Of a stretch of 64,000 nucleotides of DNA, positions 58,725 to 64,000 are shown piece after piece. Below the pieces are notes generated by a model that saw only the letters and a program-made list of their open reading frames with translations, had not been told where the DNA came from and did no database searches. Source of the DNA: Candidatus Lernaella stagnicola (GTDB lineage Bacteria > Lernaellota > Lernaellaia > Lernaellales > Lernaellaceae); contig JAVCCK010000034.1 in assembly GCA_030765525.1 (NCBI GenBank), positions 244,710 to 308,709 of the forward strand. Reading direction: 5' to 3'. Each line of letters begins with the position of its first letter. Positions within the stretch are counted from its first letter, which is position 1. A program made the position numbers and the translations under genes.

Positions 58725-59369
58725 GTGGCCGAGACGACCGAAAACACTTTGTTTATCCCGCAAGATGGAGACATGCTCGCGCACGAGCGGGCGCTCTGGC
58801 GGCACGGTCTGATCGTGGCCGGCATCGATGAAGCGGGGCGCGGCTGTCTGGCCGGGCCGGTGGTGGCGGCGGCGGTCGTGCTCGGTGCCGACGCGGATCT
58901 CCCCGGCGTTACGGATTCCAAACAGCTCAGCGACCGCCAACGGCGTTCTATGTTGCCACTGATTCTCGAACAAGCCCGCGGCGTGGGCGTGGGAGTGCGA
59001 AGCGCGCGGCGAATCGACGCCAGCGATATCCTCACGCAAACCAAAAGCGCGATGCTGCGGGCCGTGGCGAAGCTACCGGAGGCTCCCGACTTTTTGCTGA
59101 TCGACGGCAATCAGCGGCTACCGACCACAATCCAACAACGGACGCTAATCGGCGGTGACGGCATTTGCCTGTCGATCGCGGCGGCGTCGATCGTGGCCAA
59201 GGTGACGCGTGACGACTTGATGCTGCGCCTGCACGAGCGTTACGGCGACTACGCCTGGCACGCCAACAAGGGCTACGGGACGGCCGAACATCTCGAAGCG
59301 CTGCGGCGCGTGGGGCCGTGTCCGTTGCACCGCATGAGCTTTCGCGGCGTGGTAAGGAAGCCGGAATGA
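58725..59369 (+). CDS. rnhB: ribonuclease HII
   Basis: GIDEAGRGCLAGPVVAAAVVL...DSKQLS signature. GTG start. Confidence 0.9.
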   Translation: MAETTENTLFIPQDGDMLAHERALWRHGLIVAGIDEAGRGCLAGPVVAAAVVLGADADLPGVTDSKQLSDRQRRSMLPLILEQARGVGVGVRSARRIDASDILTQTKSAMLRAVAKLPEAPDFLLIDGNQRLPTTIQQRTLIGGDGICLSIAAASIVAKVTRDDLMLRLHERYGDYAWHANKGYGTAEHLEALRRVGPCPLHRMSFRGVVRKPE

Positions 59370-59764
59370 GCGACGCGTGGCGCCGTTTGTTGGCCAGGTT
59401 GCGCGGTGAGGATGAACCGTTGGGTCCGAAAGCCGAGCGGCTCGCGGCGCGCCATCTCAAGCGTCACGGCATGCGGATCGTAACCCGCAACTGGTCGACG
59501 AAACTCGGGGAACTGGACTTGGTTGCCGTGGAAGGCGATGAGTTGGTTTTTGTGGAGGTGAAAAGCAAGCGCGACGATGAGTACGGTCGCCCGGCCGAGC
59601 AAGTGAACTTCGGCAAGCGGCGGCGCATCGAGCGGCTGGCCATGGCGTTTTGCGGCAAAAAGAAGCTGGACCCGCCGGTGATGCGTTTCGACGTCGTGGA
59701 AGTGATTTGGTCGGACCCGCCCCGGATCGAGTGGATTCGCGGCGCGTGGCTGGCGGGGGAGTGA
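59366..59764 (+). CDS. yraN: YraN/UPF0102 family endonuclease
   Basis: GELDLVAVEGDELVFVEVKSKRD core. ATGA overlap with rnhB. The rnhB-yraN pairing is conserved. Confidence 0.8.
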   Translation: MSDAWRRLLARLRGEDEPLGPKAERLAARHLKRHGMRIVTRNWSTKLGELDLVAVEGDELVFVEVKSKRDDEYGRPAEQVNFGKRRRIERLAMAFCGKKKLDPPVMRFDVVEVIWSDPPRIEWIRGAWLAGE

Positions 59765-59765
59765 C

Positions 59766-61208
59766 GTGGCCGAGCCTCTGAACATTCGCCATAGCCTGCT
59801 CGGCAAATTGTTGGTGGTGATGCTCGCGCCGACCTTTCTGTTTCTGACGATCATCAGTTTCTACTTCTACTTTCAAGCGCGGGCGAGCCTCGAGGATGAA
59901 ATGGCGCGCCGGCTGATCGGCCTGGCCCGTAGCGCCGCCGGGCAGGTCGACGCCACGCAGGTGTTCGCCTTTCTACCCGGTGATGAGGCCACGCGCAGTT
60001 ATCGGTCCGTGCGTGACAAACTGGCGCTGCTGGCTGAGACCAACGACGTGCGGCGCGTGTATGTCGCCGATTTCGAGCACAAGGTCATTTTCACGACCGA
60101 GCGCCAGGGGGAGATCGGCGAGAAGATGTATCACCTCGCGGGGCACCGGCGGGAGGTCAAACGAGTACGCCAGGGCCGGGCGGTCGCTTCGACGATGTTC
60201 AGCGGCGCGGATGGCGAGATGTACTTAGCCGGCTATGCGCCGCTGCTGTTGGACGGCGAGGTCGTGGCGATGGTGGGCGTGGACGCCGACGTGCGCTTTT
60301 TCGGGCGCTTGCGCGCCATTCGTCTCAATCTGGTGCTGATCAGCCTGGCGTCGTTGCTGGCCTTTGCCATTACCGGGATTATTTTCGCGCGGCGTCTGGC
60401 CAACCCCCTAAGGCGGCTGGCGCGCAGCGCGGCGCGCATCGGCGAGGGGAATTACGAAACCGAGATCGCCGAGCAGACGGGCGATGAAATTGAACTGCTG
60501 GCCGTGACGCTCAACGACATGCGCAAGAGCATCGTCGAACGCGAACGCGAGATGCACATGATGCAGCGAGGCATTGCGCACGAGGTGCGGAATCCGCTCG
60601 GCGGCATGGAGCTTTACTGTGGCATCCTCAGCGACGAACTCAGAGACCGGCAGGATCTCATTCAACACGTGCGAAAGATCGAGCGCGAAATCCGCGTGCT
60701 GGGGCAGGTCGTCAACGAATTCCTCGATTTCACGCGGGACCACGTGCCGGACGTGCGGCGCGTCGATTTGCATGAATTCTTCGCCGAACTGATGATGGAA
60801 TACGCCGGGCGCTGCGAGAAGCAGGGCATTCAGCTTATCAAGGACATCGCCCCGGATTTGAATGCGGCCTTCTTCGATCCCGACCTCATGCGGCGCGTGT
60901 TGCACAACCTGTTGCTCAACGCCGTGCAATCGATGCTCGAAGGCGGACGCTTGGAGGTGACCGTCGGTCGCGCCGGCCACGATTTGCGAATTTCCATCAC
61001 CGACACCGGTCGCGGCATCGCGACGGAGAACCTGGAAAACGTGTTCAGTCCGTTTTATACCACCAAGGAAAAGGGCACCGGCTTGGGGCTGCCTTTTGCG
61101 CGCAAGATCGTGGAAGGCCACGGCGGCGATTTGAAACTGCAAAGCGAAGTCGGCCGCGGCACCGGCATTGTCATACGGTTGCCGCAACCGGAAAGCGAGG
61201 AGAGTTGA
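59766..61208 (+). CDS. sensor histidine kinase (NtrB/AtoS-like)
   Basis: Two TM helices flanking a periplasmic domain, HAMP, H-box [11 protein letters not shown] boxes ([32 protein letters not shown]). Confidence 0.85.
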   Translation: MAEPLNIRHSLLGKLLVVMLAPTFLFLTIISFYFYFQARASLEDEMARRLIGLARSAAGQVDATQVFAFLPGDEATRSYRSVRDKLALLAETNDVRRVYVADFEHKVIFTTERQGEIGEKMYHLAGHRREVKRVRQGRAVASTMFSGADGEMYLAGYAPLLLDGEVVAMVGVDADVRFFGRLRAIRLNLVLISLASLLAFAITGIIFARRLANPLRRLARSAARIGEGNYETEIAEQTGDEIELLAVTLNDMRKSIVEREREMHMMQRGIAHEVRNPLGGMELYCGILSDELRDRQDLIQHVRKIEREIRVLGQVVNEFLDFTRDHVPDVRRVDLHEFFAELMMEYAGRCEKQGIQLIKDIAPDLNAAFFDPDLMRRVLHNLLLNAVQSMLEGGRLEVTVGRAGHDLRISITDTGRGIATENLENVFSPFYTTKEKGTGLGLPFARKIVEGHGGDLKLQSEVGRGTGIVIRLPQPESEES

Positions 61209-62587
61209 TGAAACACGTACTGGTGATCGACGACAACCAAACGATGCGCGAGGGCATGGAAGTCATCATCGCTAAAATGGGCCACAAGGTGTTCTCGGCC
61301 GGCAACGGACCCGAGGGCTTGCAGATTCTGGAAATGAACCCCGTCGACATCGTGCTGACCGACCTGCGCATGGAGGGGATGGACGGCATTGAAGTGCTCG
61401 AAGAGGTGAAGTCCCGCAGCCCCGAGACCGTCGTGATGGTGATCACCGCGTACGGATCGATCGAAACGGCCGTGGACGCAATGCGCAAGGGCGCTTTCGA
61501 TTTCATCACCAAACCGTTCTCGCAGGACGAATTGCGCTTCCGGGTCGAGAAGGCCGTCGAGCATCAAGAACTGACTCACGAAAAAGCGCGCCTGGAAAAC
61601 GAAAACCTGTACCTGCGCGAGGCCGAGGTCGACAGCCTCGGCACCGACGAAATGATCGGCGAATCGGACGCGATTCATCAAATCAAGGACACGATCAAAA
61701 AGATCGCGCAGGGCGATTCGACAGTGTTCATCTGCGGCGAAAGCGGCACGGGCAAGGAGTTGATCGCGCGGGCGATTCACGAGGCCAGCCCGCGGGCTTC
61801 GGGGCCCTTTATCAAGTTGAATTGCTCGGCGCTGGCCGAGGGCGTTTTGGAGAGCGAGCTGTTCGGGCATGAGAAGGGATCGTTCACGGGGGCGCACAAG
61901 CGGCGCATCGGCCGTTTCGAACTGGCCGACAAGGGGACGTTGTTCCTCGACGAGATCGGCGACATCAGCCCGATGATCCAATTGAAGCTGTTGCGCGTAT
62001 TGCAGGAGCGGGAATTCGAGCGGGTTGGCGGCGCGACGACCATCCGCGTTGACGTGCGGGTGGTGACTTCGACGAATAAGGATCTGCTGGAGGAAATCAA
62101 AGCCGGCAACTTCCGGGAGGACCTGTACTACCGTCTGCATATTATCCCGGTGGAAGTGCCGCCCTTGCGGGATCGACTCGAGGATTTGACGCGCCTGGTT
62201 ACGCATTTTCTCACGAAACTGGCGCCCCGCACCCGCAAGCAAATTCGCGGCTTAAGCGACGAGGCGATGAAGAAACTCGGGTGCTACCAATGGCCGGGCA
62301 ATATTCGAGAACTCGAAAACGTCATCGAGCAATCGATGGTGCTTTGCGAATCGGATTTCATCAACGTGGGGGATCTGCCCAGCTTTATCACCGGCGGTAA
62401 CGGCGGCGCGGTCTTGAAGCCGGAATTGGGCACCAAGCCGCTGCCGGAGATCCTCGATGATATCGAACGCGAATTGATAAAGCAGGCGTTCAACCAAGCC
62501 AACGGCGTCAAAACCGAAACCGCGCGCCTGCTCGGCATCAAGACCAGTGCGTTGTATTACAAACTGGAGAAATACGGACTAATTTGA
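61205..62587 (+). CDS. sigma-54-dependent response regulator (NtrC family)
   Basis: Receiver (DDNQTMRE...DLRMEGMDG), AAA+ sigma-54 activator ([14 protein letters not shown]-like [21 protein letters not shown]) and C-terminal Fis-type HTH. ATGA overlap with the kinase gene. Confidence 0.9.
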   Translation: MMKHVLVIDDNQTMREGMEVIIAKMGHKVFSAGNGPEGLQILEMNPVDIVLTDLRMEGMDGIEVLEEVKSRSPETVVMVITAYGSIETAVDAMRKGAFDFITKPFSQDELRFRVEKAVEHQELTHEKARLENENLYLREAEVDSLGTDEMIGESDAIHQIKDTIKKIAQGDSTVFICGESGTGKELIARAIHEASPRASGPFIKLNCSALAEGVLESELFGHEKGSFTGAHKRRIGRFELADKGTLFLDEIGDISPMIQLKLLRVLQEREFERVGGATTIRVDVRVVTSTNKDLLEEIKAGNFREDLYYRLHIIPVEVPPLRDRLEDLTRLVTHFLTKLAPRTRKQIRGLSDEAMKKLGCYQWPGNIRELENVIEQSMVLCESDFINVGDLPSFITGGNGGAVLKPELGTKPLPEILDDIERELIKQAFNQANGVKTETARLLGIKTSALYYKLEKYGLI

Positions 62588-62594
62588 GGAATCG

Positions 62595-63617
62595 ATGACA
62601 TTGACGCAGAAACATCGAAGTCGCTTTTTGTGCCGCGGAATCGCGGTAGCGATGGTGATGTTTCTCGTTGCGCTCTTCGCGCCGTCCGGCGCAGCGGCGC
62701 AAAACCGAATCGACGTCGACACGTCAACTATTAGGCTGCTCAAGGCTCAATACGGGGCGCTGGCCGGCCAACACCGGCTTTTGCTGAAGCAGCAGCGCGA
62801 GCTACTGCGCAAGCAAGGCGATCTCGCCGATGAAATCGAGAAGGTACAAGATTCCGATCCCGGGATTCTGGGACGCATGCGTCTAGAGCGCCTGCTGGCG
62901 GAGAATCTCGATCTTTCGAACCGCCTCAACGAAGTCGCAAAATCCATGGCGGCCAATGAGGAAGCCCGCGTCTCCAAACGCGAGGCGCTTTTTCGGGTGT
63001 ACACGACCGAAATGGAGCGCGTCGCTCGGAAGTTGCGTCACGCCAAGGGCCGCAAGGATGCCAAGAATCTGGCCGATCGTTTTTATGAACTGCGGCAATC
63101 GCGGCGGAAGTGGCGAACCGCGCGCACCGTGGAAAGCGATTTCAGTCGCCTGATTGTCGAAGAGAACGACACGGACGGGCCCGACGAATTGCTTGCCAAG
63201 GCGGAGATTCTCAGCGACATCGTGCGGAAGATTCGCGACGCCATACGCGAGATCAACCGCGACATCATGCGCCTGCAGCGGGAAAAGAAACTGGGCGAAG
63301 ATTTCGACACGATGGTCAAGGAAATGAACCTTTTTGAAGAGGGTGCCCGCTTCATGCGGCGCGCCGACGAAGGCCGTGACGACGGCGACGAGGCGGTGCA
63401 GCCCGAGGTGGACGATTCGGGCTTGCACGTGCCGCCGATTGATTCTTCCGAACAAGCGCCGCCGGGTTCGGTGCGCGCCGGGAGATCGATTGAAGCGGAA
63501 ATCAAGCGACTGAAAGCCGAGAAGAAATTGTTGGAAAAACTGGCCGGCGATCTCGCCGGAAAAGCGAAGCAGCTTCGCTTGAAGGCGGTGGCGCTTCGCG
63601 ATGATAAGCGACGCTAA
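62595..63617 (+). CDS. hypothetical secreted coiled-coil protein
   Basis: Signal peptide, then Lys/Glu/Arg-rich heptad coiled coil. 8 nt after the regulator gene. Confidence 0.5.
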   Translation: MTLTQKHRSRFLCRGIAVAMVMFLVALFAPSGAAAQNRIDVDTSTIRLLKAQYGALAGQHRLLLKQQRELLRKQGDLADEIEKVQDSDPGILGRMRLERLLAENLDLSNRLNEVAKSMAANEEARVSKREALFRVYTTEMERVARKLRHAKGRKDAKNLADRFYELRQSRRKWRTARTVESDFSRLIVEENDTDGPDELLAKAEILSDIVRKIRDAIREINRDIMRLQREKKLGEDFDTMVKEMNLFEEGARFMRRADEGRDDGDEAVQPEVDDSGLHVPPIDSSEQAPPGSVRAGRSIEAEIKRLKAEKKLLEKLAGDLAGKAKQLRLKAVALRDDKRR

Positions 63618-63631
63618 AAAGGGGACTGCGT

Positions 63632-64000
63632 TTTGCGGCTGATTTGGATACACGATCAAGTACGACGGCGGGCCGGGCCCGTCTTGTGGTTCGTCTGTTT
63701 GTGGGCGGCGCTGGGCGCGGGTGCGGCTTGGGCGGGCGATGTGGATTTGAAAAATCGGGCTTCGCTGTCGGCCGAGTACGACGACAATGTGTACAAGGCG
63801 AATCGGGACCTCACCGCCGATTTTCTGGGGCGGCTGTTCTACGATTTCGGACTCAACTGGCGTATCACGCCGAACAATATATGGCTCACGAACTACCAAC
63901 TGGGAGGAAAACTCTACGCGCAGGAAACCGAGGAAGACACGATCATCAACCAACTGCAACTCGGTTACACGAACTACTCGATTCGCACGGTTCAGATGGG
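63632..64000 (+). CDS. partial (3'-truncated) outer-membrane beta-barrel-like protein
   Basis: Open frame runs to the window end. Signal peptide VLWFVCLWAALGAGAAWA, then alternating beta-strand pattern (YDFGLNWRITP, LTNYQLGGKLYA, LQLGYTNYS). Start codon uncertain (TTG 63632). Confidence 0.35.

Noticed and set aside
58392-59039. 215-aa minus-strand ORF spanning the intergenic repeats and antisense to rnhB
   Set aside because: It overlaps rnhB (canonical motifs) antisense and its Arg-rich translation looks non-coding. The intergenic part is better explained as regulatory DNA.

Overview
This is a high-GC (about 65%) bacterial chromosomal segment. It has a Gram-negative-type envelope (many lipoproteins with lipobox cysteines, outer-membrane beta-barrel candidates, a LysM murein endopeptidase) and deltaproteobacterial-like traits (tetraheme cytochrome c3, a sigma-54 NtrC-type two-component pair, many TPR proteins). 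Gene density is high and 4-bp ATGA/TTGA start-stop overlaps are frequent. Housekeeping genes (rplU-rpmA, obgE, htpG, rnhB-yraN, class II photolyase, thiolase) are interleaved with envelope, glycan and secreted-protein modules. (i) A glycosylation module: GT2, AsnB-like amidotransferase, polyprenyl-P-sugar synthase-like GT2 and a divergent GT-C membrane transferase. (ii) A giant 2091-aa pentapeptide-repeat/TPR membrane protein with a membrane SGNH hydrolase and a secreted partner. (iii) An ECF sigma / anti-sigma / YbjQ / snapalysin-motif metalloprotease operon lying between rpmA and obgE. (iv) A carbohydrate-active lipoprotein cluster (GH43-like beta-propeller, GH31, another propeller lipoprotein). 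Three of these lipoproteins carry poly-Asp tracts right after the lipobox, and one is translationally coupled to a tetraheme cytochrome c3. (v) A flotillin-NfeD pair, a HEAT-repeat lipoprotein, a novel-repeat secreted beta-propeller, a GT4/GT2 pair and an EF-hand membrane protein with LemA. No rRNA, tRNA, CRISPR array or mobile element is evident. The most unusual candidate system is the acidic-linker lipoprotein glycosidase cluster with its coupled cytochrome c3, followed by the giant pentapeptide-TPR protein operon and the ECF-sigma/metalloprotease insertion in the rplU-rpmA-obg region.
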